Assembly (NCBI RefSeq): GCF_001194135.2 | Contig: NC_068985.1 | Location: 88,929,892-88,970,890 of the forward strand | Length of the DNA: 40,999 nt | Reading direction: 5' to 3' | DNA from: Octopus bimaculoides | Taxonomy: Eukaryota | In this document: positions 11,283 through 24,320 of the stretch, piece after piece | Position numbering within the stretch: the first letter of the stretch is position 1 | How the letters are laid out: the number at the start of each line of letters is the position of its first letter | Position numbers and translations under genes: made by a program | Notes under the pieces: model-generated | The model's database searches: none | What the model was told of the DNA's origin: nothing | What the model saw: only the letters and a program-made list of their open reading frames with translations

Positions 11283-12424
11283 CACTATTTTATGTATTCA
11301 TGCGTTTTCTTACATGATTCGTCTTTCTAAATAGTAAAAAGTATCTTATGGTCTTTCAAGCTAGATTTTATAAAATATAATTGCCGACAATAAGAGAATA
11401 ATTTCTTTAGGGAATTTTCTTTCTTTCAAAGGTCACTGCATGAGATAATTTTATACATTATTATGATCATAATTCCATCACAGACATAATAATGAGAGGA
11501 ATGGTGTTGGAAAATGGAGGAAAAGTTAGCTAGGTAAGTATATAGCAACATACAACAAAGTAGATTAAGAAGAAAGAGAATAACACACAAGAAAATGTTT
11601 CTCCATTATACGTTTTGGAAAAAAGATTCATCTCCTCTATTTTATTTAGCTATAGAAGAGGCATTACTGAAGCTAGGTAGATAGCAATAGCGATGTCATG
11701 CAGATAAATTTTTATTAGTCTTTTTCTTACAAATAAATAAAAATCATGATTAACCCTTGAACAAATTTCAGGTCATTGGAATGTTTTATCAAGAGCAATT
11801 TTGTGTTTGTCCCCTTTATCACAGCCTGTAAGATAACAATTATGTATTAAAGATACGGTACAATACGTATCTTATAATTCATGAAATTTGTTTTAGTTGC
11901 ATAAATTCAGCAAATAATCGCATAACTATCAAAATTATTATGATTCTATAACTAACGAATGTACACAAGCCAAAAGGACCTATACTATTCCTAAGACACT
12001 TCGAGTCCCTAACATGTTATGTGAAATATTGTAAATACATTTTAGAATAGATTTTACGTGAACGATTACATTAGTCTCTTAGTATTTCGTTAGTGTTTAT
12101 GCTGCTTTTATCAGGTGTGATACATAAAATTTACAGATTCTGTTGATTGTAATTTGTAATTAATTGTTAATTACGAATGATTCACGTAATGTACGTTGAT
12201 GAAATTTCAGGAGACTTAATATATGTGTATAAAATGTAATGTATTGTTTAGATTAAATCTTAGAAATGTTTGCCAGCCATGCAAGTTTGTAAAATTTTCT
12301 TAATTAGTTTGAATCGTGTTCTGCAGTTTCTCTTTGAATGTATATTATTTTCTCGCTAGTAGTACCAAGTATTATATAACTTAAAGAAGCCAAACTCCTA
12401 CGTTTGTATGTGTGTGTGTTACAC

Positions 12425-12425
12425 A

Positions 12426-12509
<84 letters not shown>
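12425..12509. repeat. (GATA)n/(GA)n microsatellite
   Basis: Read directly; source of the poly-SL ORFs. Confidence 0.98.
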
Positions 12510-12512
<3 letters not shown>

Positions 12513-12949
12513 TAGGGGACTTGTGGGCTCGGATGTGTGTGCGTGTGAACGTGTGTGTGTAACTGAATTTAACAATGGCATAAAACCGGAGAGGCATGAT
12601 CAAACAAATACAAATGTCTGTGCTTAAAATATTAATGACATAGGGAAGAGATTTAACGGGTTACTTATCCCATCGGTTAACAGAGAAGTGAAAAGAGGGA
12701 ATGAGAAAAAGCAAAATTAACGTGATAAACTACTGAAAAAAGAAAACGAGTAGAACTGTTAGAAACTAGGTGATTGAGGTGTGTTGAATGGTGAGAGTTA
12801 AGAAGGCTGCAGGGAATGGCTACCTAAATGCAAATATACAGTTGTGGCTGTATCTGAAAGATTGATTATAGAAGATTAGCGTTTGTATGTATAGTGTTGT
12901 AGTGTATATGTGTGTGTATAAATATAATAAATATCTGAGCGATGTATAA

Positions 12950-13010
12950 ACACTAGCTGCACCACATCGTGAAGTATATTTGCTACCTAAAAGTGGCTAA
13001 CCCTTAAGTG
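12950..13010 (+). repeat. Unclassified interspersed repeat fragment, second copy at 32848-32906
   Basis: TGCTACCTAAAAGTGGCTAACCCTTAAG vs TGCCACTTAAGTGTGGCTGACCCCTAGG (21/28) plus similar upstream CTGCAC...AGTATATT. Confidence 0.5.
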
Positions 13011-13553
13011 GTACATATATATATATACTGTTGTTTCTGGGGAGAGTCATTTTCTTTCTCTGCCTTATAATTTAACACACTGACCGGTAAAATTTCCACG
13101 TATTCTTTATTTTTTATTTTCCTAAAATTTTCGTTGTGTCTTGCAAACTTTTCAATAGTTTGACTCAGGGTGTATTAGGTTGTCGTTCTTGGAAATTCTT
13201 AGGAGTTTTAATGTTTCGAGCATACGCTCTTGTAAGAAGGGGATGGGTGGGGAGAGACAAACAAGAAACGTACGTTAATTAAACAATCACCGCATGGTGA
13301 TGTAAAAAGAAGGGCCCGAAACTATGTCAATGCGTGGGTGATAGGGCGATGGAAATGGGCTGGAATATGTTTGTGTCTATGTACGTTTGTGAGCAACTTC
13401 ATCACTATGTATGAAATCATGTTTTCTTCTGCATGCGTGGACCGAATATCCGTGGATATGTGAGCGTACGAGTGCACGCATGCACATGTGCGTGAGCCAG
13501 AACGCGTGGTAGTGTATACACGCAAACACACGCATATATACATACATATACGT

Positions 13554-13584
<31 letters not shown>

Positions 13585-14371
13585 AACACATTCATACACA
13601 TCCATACATGAACATATGCATATCCATGCATACACACACATATATTCACACAAATAGACCCATAAATTTATGTAATGATTGTAGCCATTTAATAATTCCA
13701 AATCCGAATGTGTATATTAGTTTTGCGTTTCACTAAGTTTATTTCATTTTGTAATCAATCTTTTGCTGTCATTATTCATTAGCAATACTTTTTTTCTTTT
13801 TTAATGTTTATTGAACTATTTTCTTATGATTTATTACACCAAAATTGAAAACAATTTTCTAGATTAAAATAATCGATAATTTCATTGTATTAAAAACTGT
13901 AATATAATAACACTCGTCTGCAAATCATATTAGCAAAACCAATAATACCATCTCACATAGAAATATTGAAGTCGCATTTTCATTTCTTGAGTATTAGTTT
14001 CCAAATGTTTTCAGATATTGTAATATGTAGTTCATTGTCTGGTGCTCTATTTCTTTACAGTTTTAGATATTTCTTATATATAATTGTGTCACACATATCA
14101 TATATGATTACATCAGTAACTATAAATATTTATGTAAGTTTTCAGATATTCTTGTCCAAGATTTTCCATCATCATTTTATATACTTATGTTCCTGAACGA
14201 TGGTAGGCAACAAATCTGCAGAATTATATTTTCCTCAAGAATGTTTGAAAAACTAAACTCTCACTGCACAAGCAAATGAAATATATTCTTAGTGTGCAAT
14301 TCTTATTTAAATTTCGATGAATTTTCGTTTCTTTTAACTCAACAATTTGGTATTAGATTTAATTCACTCCG

Positions 14372-14402
<31 letters not shown>

Positions 14403-14412
14403 NNNNNNNNNN

Positions 14413-15105
14413 GACAAAAATTATTTCCCGGTGGGTGGGCATATCAACTTCTGACACCTGATCAAAAGGTACCGTGCTCATCATATCACAGGAAAAGCTG
14501 ATATTGTTTCAAGCGTATGCAGCTGGTTTCCTTAAACGTTACCTAATTCACGATGGGTGTTCGGTTAATCTCTATGGGCCTGCTACAATAAAGGCTAACG
14601 TCATTTCCACTTCATTCATGGGGATGGCCTCGTTTTTTGGGGGGGATACAGATGGCATTGTGTTTATGAATATCAAAACGACCACGCCATTAATGGGGAG
14701 TGCTATGTCAAATAGCAGAGGCAGGGGCAGTTACGAAATGTTAACACCCAGGAAAACTGGTGAAAATGCCCTTGTTTCATCAGTATCATGCCCCAGCAAA
14801 CAAGGCCCTGGTTTTAATGGCTGCTTTTCGTGAATGTGGCTTTAATCACGTTCATCAGCTTCTCCATTTATTTGGTTATTCTGACTATCATCTTTTCTTC
14901 AATATGAAAAAAAAAAAAACAGTTGGCTGGAAAACATTATATCACTGATGATGATGATGTTATATTTGCTGTTGATGAATTTTTTACGAGGAGGATAGAT
15001 GATTCTTCACTAATGGAATCCGAGCACTGCAGCACCGATGGAAGTGGACCTCTATCGAAAAATAAATCTCATCTGGTCAAATTACAAGAGAGTTTATTGA
15101 TCAGC
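14413..15105 (+). mobile_element. Degenerate mariner transposon, 3' ~60% of the transposase (irritans/Hsmar2-like), many frameshifts, no intact TIR
   Basis: Pieces across frames: KLFPGGWAYQLLTPDQK (WVPRLLT motif), MASFFGGDTDGIVF (MASVFWD..G), LFHQYHAPANK (HQDNAP.H), SDYHLFFNMKK, AGKHYITDDDDVIFAVDEFF. Confidence 0.9.
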
Positions 15106-17061
15106 GTATTTGGTTTGGCTGTCGTCATTCATATATCATATAGAAATCTGAGGGGGCATTTCCAAACATTCTTTCCTTTATTCTGCCAATCATGTCTCAA
15201 AAAATAGTTAGTTTCCTTAGTGTATGTTTGTGTAAGTGTATGTTTGTGTGAATGACTGTTTCTGGGCGTGCGTCTGTATCTGTGTGTGTTTTTGCCTACG
15301 TAACCACATCGGCGAAGAGATTCTGTCATTTATTTCTCTCTTTTTCCACACTTCATTATCCACACTGTAACACCTACTAGTATTATCATCTGCTTGGATG
15401 AACTATATCAACCAGTCTCACTGCTTAAATCTCCATAACAAAAGTTCTTCTATTATTCTGTTAGCAAGTGTGAATTTCTTTCTTGTGTCGACCCGCTGCA
15501 GATAGAAAAATTAATTATAGTCAAAATATATTACAGTATCTGAAGATATTTATTCCCTGTTGTATAATCTAGATCTTTGCGAGCAGTGACTGAATGAAAA
15601 GGATGAGTCACTCCAAGTATGTTTTTTTTTTATATTTGGCTTACATATATTCGCTCTCTTGATAATGAAATTTCTCTTCTAAAACATTATTCATGACTAG
15701 GTGACGAAAATCCACTGCATACAAGCAAACGTGAGCGTAAGACAATCTAATATTGGTTTGAGAGACTTATGCACTAGATAATAGGATTAATATCCTCACA
15801 TTAAGAGTGATATTCATATATAATGTACGCTACAGCTTTATTCAAGTGTCGCTAGTATTCATTAAAATGACCGGTAACTATGAAATGACATGCCTGGAGA
15901 ATATTTGATCATACTTGTTTACGATAAGTTCTTAATTGGCGGATAACTATAATGAGGAATGATAGACTTGATCTCAATATATTAAGTGCATGAAAAGAAG
16001 ATTGCATTATATCTGCACTATAATAATGTCGAAACTGTACCAATTAGCAGGTGTTTCTGGAAATGTGATAATATATACAAATTCAATCAGAACACAATAA
16101 GTATAACACTGCTGCTATGTTCAAATTGTCACGGATGGATTGAATTAATAACTGGTCGGAAGTAAGTGCAATCGGTTAACAGAGATGATATAAGTAGTAC
16201 ATATAGCATAGATAATTCCTCGCTCCGTTACCACTCACGAATATTGTGTACATGTCTTTCATCTTATGCATTTTACTGAGTTCCTCGCACAAGCTGTGGA
16301 CCTGCTGAAGAAGAGCAAACACCACTCATCTATCTCGTATTTGACATTGAAGAGATATCGAAGATGGTGTTTCCGTTGTAGGTCTCTCCGTGAAGTAGTT
16401 CTCGTATATCTATATTTCTAAGTTGTTGCACTACACAACCAGATTGTATAAATGTGAGAGCCTGCTCTTCCTTTTCTGGCATGAATGGCATGCATTCCAA
16501 TTTTAATCATAACATTGTATAAAAATTAGAAAATCATATCCGATGATATTGTTCTAAACATAGCATGATGAAAAACTAAGGAAAGAGGCTCCTGCTATAA
16601 AGCTCTCATTTTCTACAGACGTTAAATAGTTAAATAGAAATAACAATCATGGGCTGCATCATAAATACATTAAGTTTATACATACAGCTCTCCCTTCCAC
16701 TCTCAATCTATAACTCTCTCTCACTCTATGCATATGTCGTATATATTATTTATTATTTTATATATATATATTTATATATATTAGTTCATCACAAAAATAA
16801 TATTGTTTTTTTTCTTATCGGAGGGTAAAATAATTACATAGCATGTACAGTGTAAAACGACTGTGAGTAAGTGGGAGAAAGGAACTGGAATGTTTTGGAA
16901 GTATCTTGGACGGAGTGAAGTTTAGAATAGAAAGTAAGATTATTTGAAAGTGGAAAGGAGTGAGAGGCAACATTCAAACTGCAGAGCATATCAGGTTCAA
17001 AGCCACTACAATTTAAGGCTGTAAAACGGGATGCGTTTGTGTGTTTGTAAAAAGATGTATA

Positions 17062-17356
17062 CATTGTCTGACCAATAAGTATCCAGGCTGTTGACATAAT
17101 AATGAAGGTAAAGTACGCAAAGTAAAGCGACTTGGCAGAAGTTGACCTTGCACTCTGCTGTGCATGCTCACTAACTTTTAACGTTGTTGCTCACTTCCGT
17201 TTTTTACAGCAGTGCTTGCAAAAATATGTGCTAGAACTTATAACTTGATGCTTATGTACAGCAGAGAGCACAGTCAAGTTCTGTCAAGCGGCTTCCCTCT
17301 GCGTCCTTTAGTTCACTTACTATGGCAATAGTCCGGGTACTTATTGATCGACCTAG
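17062..17356. mobile_element. Palindromic Tc1/mariner-type MITE (~295 bp, TA flanks, arms meet with almost no spacer)
   Basis: Left GTCTGACCAATAAGTATCCAGGCTGTTGACATA vs reverse complement of right GTCGATCAATAAGTACCCGGACTATTGCCATA; inner block 17131-17165 matches the reverse complement of 17254-17288 at 29/35; TA at 17060-61 and 17357-58. Confidence 0.8.
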
Positions 17357-17694
17357 TATGTCTTTCTTCTCTCTATACATTGCTGTTTGTCTATTTTCTC
17401 TATATATTATTCATAACTGCAACTTTCCTTATTTATGTTAAGGTATAAATTTAATAATCGCAGAGAATTTAGAAGTAATTACCAACTCTGAAAATATGTA
17501 TTCGGCAAAACATGCAAATGAGAATATATTCCTTACGTTCACCAAATAAATCCTTTTGAAACTCTTCTTAATTTCAAACCATAAATCTCTTCTTCCTAGA
17601 TGGTAACATACGGAATGTATATTTAATTTAATTTAAGTTCCCATGTTCACAGCACGGTTTTGAGATTGCAGCGATTTTATGAGGGAACGTTGAA

Positions 17695-18200
17695 TTTCTC
17701 TTTTATATTTCTATTGTTTCAGTTGGTAGAGTGCGGCCATGCTGAAGCACCGCGTTGAAGAATTTTTAATCGAATGTATGTTTGTGGGTGCAGTACCAAA
17801 AAACAAAAAGACAGAAGGCCTAACTGTTGAGTTCAAAAAGAGTCGAATGATTGTTTTTGCTGAGCCTTGTACTTACCATATCGATCTCTTTTACTGAACC
17901 GCTAGGACAAACACAGACACAAACATGCATAGGCAAGCATATATACACAGACACACACATTTATTTTGCCAAATAATCCCATGCACTATATATATCCTAA
18001 CATATCTGTGTGTGAAGATAGATCTCCGTTCAGTGGAGATGAGTTACAATAAGAACAGTAATAAACCAGTGAAAAACAAATACATAGTGCGTGCGTTTAT
18101 GCGCCAGATGGGCTTCTTTCAGTTTCCACCAACCAAATCAACTAGCATCACTTCAATCGGACCGAGGTTGTTCTAGAAAACCCTTGCCCAAGTTACCAGA
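17695..18200 (-). mobile_element. SINE family A, degraded reverse copy with internal insertion
   Basis: GAGTGCGGCCATGCTGAAGCACCGC, CTCTTTTACTGAACCGCTA and GGGCTTCTTTCAGTTTCC...TTGCCCAAG are reverse complements of family A segments at 3890-4190. Confidence 0.75.
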
Positions 18201-18349
18201 CATTTGGAAGGAACACAAAAGCATGGGGCTTAGAGAATATGCACAATTTGGTCAGCATATGTCGGCATAGGGGAAAATATTTTTAAGATTTGGAAATCTC
18301 TATAAAAGATGAAAGCAGTAACCATACTGAGAAGTCATGTTATAGTGAG

Positions 18350-18458
18350 TTCAACTTGGTTATTCCGTAGAAAATGACGTTACTACCATTGGAAACTCAG
18401 GAAGACGGCCCCTCAAGATGGTTATTCGATGATATTTAAACTCAATATTTATAGCAAG

Positions 18459-18508
<50 letters not shown>

Positions 18509-18670
18509 TGCAAGGATAATCAAATAACCAGCGAGTGGAAGCATCCTCCTGCGGTTAATATTGTAGGAACGCCATTGGGTTCAGATGACATCGAATAACC
18601 AGCTGGAGGATCCGTCCTCTTTGCTTTAAAATGGTAGTAACGTCGTTTCTTACGGAACAACAAAGTTGAA
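18350..18670. repeat. Imperfect ~90-bp inverted repeat flanking a (TA)n tract (fold-back or MITE-like)
   Basis: 18350-18438 TTCAACTTGGTTATTCCGTAGAAAATGACGTTACTACCATT...GGTTATTCGATG matches the reverse complement of 18581-18670 (TTCAACTTTGTTGTTCCGTAAGAAACGACGTTACTACCATT...GGTTATTCGATG). Confidence 0.75.
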
Positions 18671-20746
18671 GTGGAGTTAAACATTACTTATCTTGAAAAT
18701 CATTTCTAAATAATATTTGACAACTTTTCAAGTTTTTTAGTTGAGATTTTTTAATTTTCAATTTACATCAAGATGAGAACGACGTCTCAAAATATCTACA
18801 TACAATTATACATGACAAAGACAAATACTCTTTGATTCCATCGTTCTCCGAGATTCCATTGAGATTATTTTCTCATATCTTATAAAATTAGAATTGCGTT
18901 GAAAAAAATGTTTAAAAACATCAGACAATTTAATAATTCTGTAATCGACATGTATATGTATGTGTTTGTATATATGTAATTATATATATAAAAGTCTATC
19001 TCTACTAATTTTTGTTAGAAATTTAATTCAATGTTTCGACGTTTTGTATACGAATATGTCAATGCAAACGATGCGACGGAAGATTGATAAATAGTTAAGT
19101 GTATATGCACATTTCAAGATGTATTGCTGTTTCGTCAGTACTAAATACAACACATCAACTAGCCATGAATTAGGTTCAATTCCATAGAGCATTAACATAT
19201 TATAGTAGTCTGCATATGGAGTACCACTTTCTAAGAATTATATTCTAACTAAACATTAACTATTTCATAAACATTCTTTATATTTTCTGGTGTACCAAAC
19301 GTAAGACTACTGGAAGATTTTCAAATATACAAAATATAGTGTTCATTGAACACTGAAAATTAGAAGTGCTGATAATCACTTTATCGACAATCTTTGAACA
19401 ACTCTATTGCTTTCAAAGTGAAATTAAAATTTCTAAAGACGATATACACTGAAATACGCCAGAAAGTATGTCATTGCCAAAAAGAGTAAACTTATATGTT
19501 GAAAACTTCACTCTAAGGGAAGTTTTACTAAGCCAGTACCTTGTAAATTTTTAAGATTTATGAATGCAATTCTCTGAATAGAAACGTTTTGGAAGTACAC
19601 AACGTGTACACCATCTAATCAAACAAATATCGGGACTGTTGCTATGGCAGCGGAGCTAATGTACGCAGTGGGAAATCATTTGGCACAGATTGACCTTCAC
19701 GGTCGCTTATGTACGTAAAATTATGATGCTTTTGCTCAATTCTGTAGTTTTTAGCAGTGTTTGAAATTAAAGCGTATAGATAGTGGTCGTCTGGAAAAGA
19801 AAATCAGGCATTAGCTGTGCAGGATCTTGAAGAAGATTGTACATGGAGACAACATTATCAATGGTCGTGTTTTGTTGTTGACATACACGACATGTTGGTC
19901 TACTGCTGCTTTTTAATACAGTGACCTTATAGTCTCTTGTAAGTAGGCACTTGATATTAGGCTGCTACGATAAATCTTTTTGTTTCTGAGTTTCAGCCTC
20001 AAGACACTAACCTATGATGGGTAAGGGCTTTGTCAACATCGGCACTATTAGGTATGTGAACGCTGACATTAGGGGACGTATCTGTTTTTTAGGGATGAGT
20101 TATTGAGAGAACATCGCCTCCGAGTTTTCTGCATGTAAATATTGCTCGTAAAGTAGCTTCTTAAGGCTAGCAGATCTGCATTCATCTCTATTTATTATTT
20201 TTTTTTTTTGCTGTTGTCGATAGGTTTATCTCCGGGCGTAGTGTTTTGTGGTGTTTCTAATCTTATGAATTGGTCACTCTCTGCTAAGTTCGAAAAAATA
20301 ACATAAAAGTTGTTTTGTTTTGTTTTTGCTTCATTTATGAGACGTGTTTTCATATGCGCGTTTGTCCTGTAAATTTCACGTACTTGTGCAAACATTGAGT
20401 CGTATGTGTAGTCCTAAATTTATTAATATATATATATGATTGTGTAGACATTCGAGTGTATGCGTAAGTACTCTATTTATGTACGTAGTGTTTTGTTCTA
20501 TTTATATTTTACAATTTTTTAAACTTCTCGGGGTTGATTTCACTTGCGTGTTTCGCACATGCTTCACTGAAACATCATGCATAGAAGAAACTGTGCTTTG
20601 TATGGCAGTAAAATTTCGTTTATTTTTAATTATTTTCGTTAAAAGACCGTTTCCTTCTAGTCTTCCACATGTTCCTTTATCCTATTCCATCCATGTTGTT
20701 AGATTAGATTTGTTTTTGAATGGAGAGCCCGGTGTACTACATGCAT

Positions 20747-20748
<2 letters not shown>

Positions 20749-20819
<71 letters not shown>

Positions 20820-20898
20820 CATCATCATCATCATCATCATCATCATACTCATCACCATCATCATCATCTTCGTCGTCGTCGTCGTCGTCGTCGTCGTC
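20749..20898. repeat. Compound trinucleotide microsatellite (ATT)n(ATC)n(GTC)n
   Basis: Read directly. Confidence 0.98.
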
Positions 20899-23800
20899 AT
20901 AATATTATTTTCGTTAATGTTGTTGTTGATGACGATGATGCTGATAGTGACTGCATGAAAACTAAGTTGATTTCGATTCTATGAACCGCGTTCGGATAAA
21001 GAAAATATATTTTGCTTACTTCAATAATATCCCTTATACTTTGAGAAGATTATTGATAATGTCATATTTTATATTCTTAGATATTCAATAGCACTGAAAA
21101 GAATGTGACACCTTCAGAAAGAAAATAATAACTGTATAGATCAGCATTAAGACACCAACGGATTATTACAATTTTGTGATAAAAAGATATAATGTGTGCT
21201 GCTGAAAATGTGTCTAAATTTAATGTGTCATAATGATTGGTCTTAATCGACAAAGTGAAGTCACTGTTTCCTGCTATAATTTATCGACATCATATATTTT
21301 TGTTTGAAACGAATACATGAAGAAGACTAATGAAACTTGCAAAACAACTGAACGGAAATCAGGAAGAAAATGATTGTTTGAAATGTATTTATTTTATCAA
21401 TTTAAGCGTTTCCTAATAATATCGCGAACTAACATTACCCTTTTCATTGTTACACGAGAGCAGAGAGAATGATCGTGATTAAATGTTGATAAAGAGGTGA
21501 TAACTAAAATCATACTGGTGATGTTGTTTCGAGCGAAAAAGCGGACGACATAATTACACCGATAATCTTTATTGCTTGCTAATATCGCGTGTCTATGTTA
21601 CGGTTTAACGAAGATATTCAACAATGACGTGTGTTTGTGCTGTATTCTAGAAAACAAATTATTTACATTGAAACTTGCCTGGAATAATATCCTATTTGAT
21701 TTTATATATGCTGCGCCACTTGTGTGTTTATAGAATTGATGTTTATCATCCGTGCAAGTTTTCATTTTCTAATATATATTCATTAGACTATAATATATAA
21801 TATGCTTTCTATATATTTATATACTATACGAATACTCCCTTACTATTATTTTTATTTGAATATAATTGTTCATTATTTCTACACATCAGTATCATCTCTG
21901 ACATAATTTGCTTTTGTGGGGGCTTCGTTTTGCTTTTTATATTTAACTTTCGGCACATCAATTTGTACGAGAAAATTACAACATCTTTATTTTGGAAATT
22001 GTGTTAAAAGTAAATATGAATCTCTGTAAATAGTGATCTTCAACAATATCGTGATCGTTAAACTGCATTCTACATTTAGTTTATATATATATATATATNN
22101 NNNNNNNNNNNNNNNNNNNNNNNNNNNNNNNNNNNNNNNNNNNNNNNNNNNNNNNNNNNNNNNNNNNNNNNNNNNNNNNNNNNNNNNNNNNNNNNNNNNN
22201 NNNNNNNNNNNNNNNNNNNNNNNNNNNNNNNNNNNNNNNNNNNNNNNNNNNNNNNNNNNNNNNNNNNNNNNNNNNNNNNNNNNNNNNNNNNNNNNNNNNN
22301 NNNNNNNNNNNNNNNNNTATATATATATATGTACATATATGTATATACATAATAGCTTAAAATACGTTCTCGTAACGAGGAATTGTGTTCACTTAACATG
22401 TTTTAATATACAAGATTTGCATAAAATAGATTCCGTTCTCACGTCTCGAGCTTTCAGTCATGTTGGCGTCTTCACTTGAATAAATGTTCTGCAATATACG
22501 TATACCAGTGGATCTAGGAAATATATTCAGTCAGTGTGTGTATATATATGTGTGTGTGTGAGAGAGAGATAGAGGGAAAGAGAGATAGAGAGAAAGAGAG
22601 AAAGAGAGAGGGAGGCCATGTGTACATTTGTGAGTCTATGCATGTTTGCGCGTGTGTGCGTCTATGTGTGGGCGATGTGTGTATGGCTATGTCTGCATAT
22701 CCCTTTGTGTTAAGTCGTTCCAGTATGCCTGACTCCGTGTTATGTATAACTATTAAAAGTTATATCTATGTGAGTGGAGAAAAAGAGTTAAACAAAATGC
22801 AAACTTAATTTTCTGTCCACATAATTTGATATATTTCCTTCCCAATTTGTTATGTCAAGTTTAGCTCTTGGGTAAATACCTGTAAAAAACACATAAATCG
22901 TTATTTATAAGCAGTTAATGAACGTTGATAACCTCTATATTTGCAGAGAAAGTTTTGTCTGCGATACTTAAGTTTGTTATAACAAATACAACTAAGTATA
23001 TTACCATTTATTTTGTCATTTTTATGAGAGCAAACGTAGTGTAGATGCAAATATTATTTACATGCATGACTAGATGTATGATGTGTTGAATACAAATCAA
23101 GTTCTGATAAAGAAGTTAAAGGGATCAGGACAATATACACTCCGAACCCTCTCCTTGCAATAGATATGGGCTAAATTTTGTGTCAAGAATGATAATACGA
23201 ATTAATATAACTGATGCTATTATTTTTATTATCATTATTATCTTTCTAGTTGAATTATTACACAGCAAACAAAGTAACATATTTCTTTTGAACATTTATT
23301 CGGAGTCTATTTACCCAACTTTGTGTTTAGTTGTGCTTTTTAAAACCACTTATAAAGTAATTTCTGCCTAGTGGCATCAACATTAACCGACTTACCTTAG
23401 CCGAATATGTGTACAATTGTATCAGTTATAAAGCAATCTATTTTACTGTTCTATTTATATTGTATCTTACAGTAAATAGAGCTTCCATTGCGTTATATAA
23501 CGAAGAAAAAAAAATCATCCTAACGTAATATATTAGAATATATATCATAACTCATTGTTCACACCGACAGTGCAGTTGCGTGGTGATAGTGTCAAGGACT
23601 CATGTGCGAGAAGAGTTTCGTGTCACTTCCTACAATCTGCTCATAAATCAACTTTTAACAGAGTGGAATAATATAAGGAAAAGGACAGAAAATCCGTTCT
23701 ACTCGAAGAGTGAATGTTTTTAGGGTGTAGATCATGGATGTAGCTTGCTCCTTTACATATAGACGTTAATTTTTCTCATTTAATATATATTTTTATTTGT

Positions 23801-24109
23801 ATGATAGCAAAGATGTGCCTTTGAAAGTTATTTAACATTTAAAGATTTTGCAGGTCGAATCTTTTGTCTCCATTTCAATGGAATGTAAAGGAAAGCATTT
23901 GTGGTTAAGGATATTTGTGTTGTGTGAGGTTTTGGGGTTGTCATGTCGGTGAAAACCATTTTAGGAGAGTTACCATAATTTTGGAAGATCTAAAGAATTG
24001 TGTGACGTTAGATATTAAATAATGGAGCATCGTACAGAATGCATATATATATGATATGATCCAAGATAGTCATCAAAACAGTTATTTTTTATTTTGAAAC
24101 TAAGGTATC

Positions 24110-24320
24110 CTTTCCTACTCTTGACATAATGCCCGGAATTTTGGAGGAGGGGATCAGTCTATAAAATCGACACCAGCACGCAACTGGTACTTAATTTATC
24201 GACCCCGAAAGGATCAAAGCCAAAGTCGATATCAGCGGAATGTGGACTCAGAACGGAGAGACAGACGAAATACCGCTAAGCATTTCGGCCGACGTGCTAA
24301 AGTTCCTGCCAGCACGCCGC
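24110..24320 (-). mobile_element. SINE family B, full reverse copy
   Basis: Reverse complement reads GCGGCGTGCTGGCAGGAACTTTAGCACGTCGGCCGAAATGCTTAGCGGTATTTCGTCTG...GATCCTTTCGGGGTCGATAAATTAAGTACCAGTTGCGTGCTGG. Confidence 0.9.

Noticed and set aside
14820-14865. Minus-strand CTGATGA...GTGA/TCAC...GAAA hammerhead-like pattern
   Set aside because: Lies in mariner coding sequence; no stem III/UH or stem I partner.
16230-16500. GC-richer stretch with 45-57 open codons on both strands
   Set aside because: No recognisable domain or convincing splice pair; may be an old transposon relic.
19600-20140. Coding-like composition suggesting a decayed LINE
   Set aside because: No RT, endonuclease or zinc-finger motif could be read with confidence in any frame.
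23390-23400. Strong minus-strand donor AAG/GTAAGT (also plus-strand donor near 11534)
   Set aside because: No matching acceptor with an open upstream frame of useful length.
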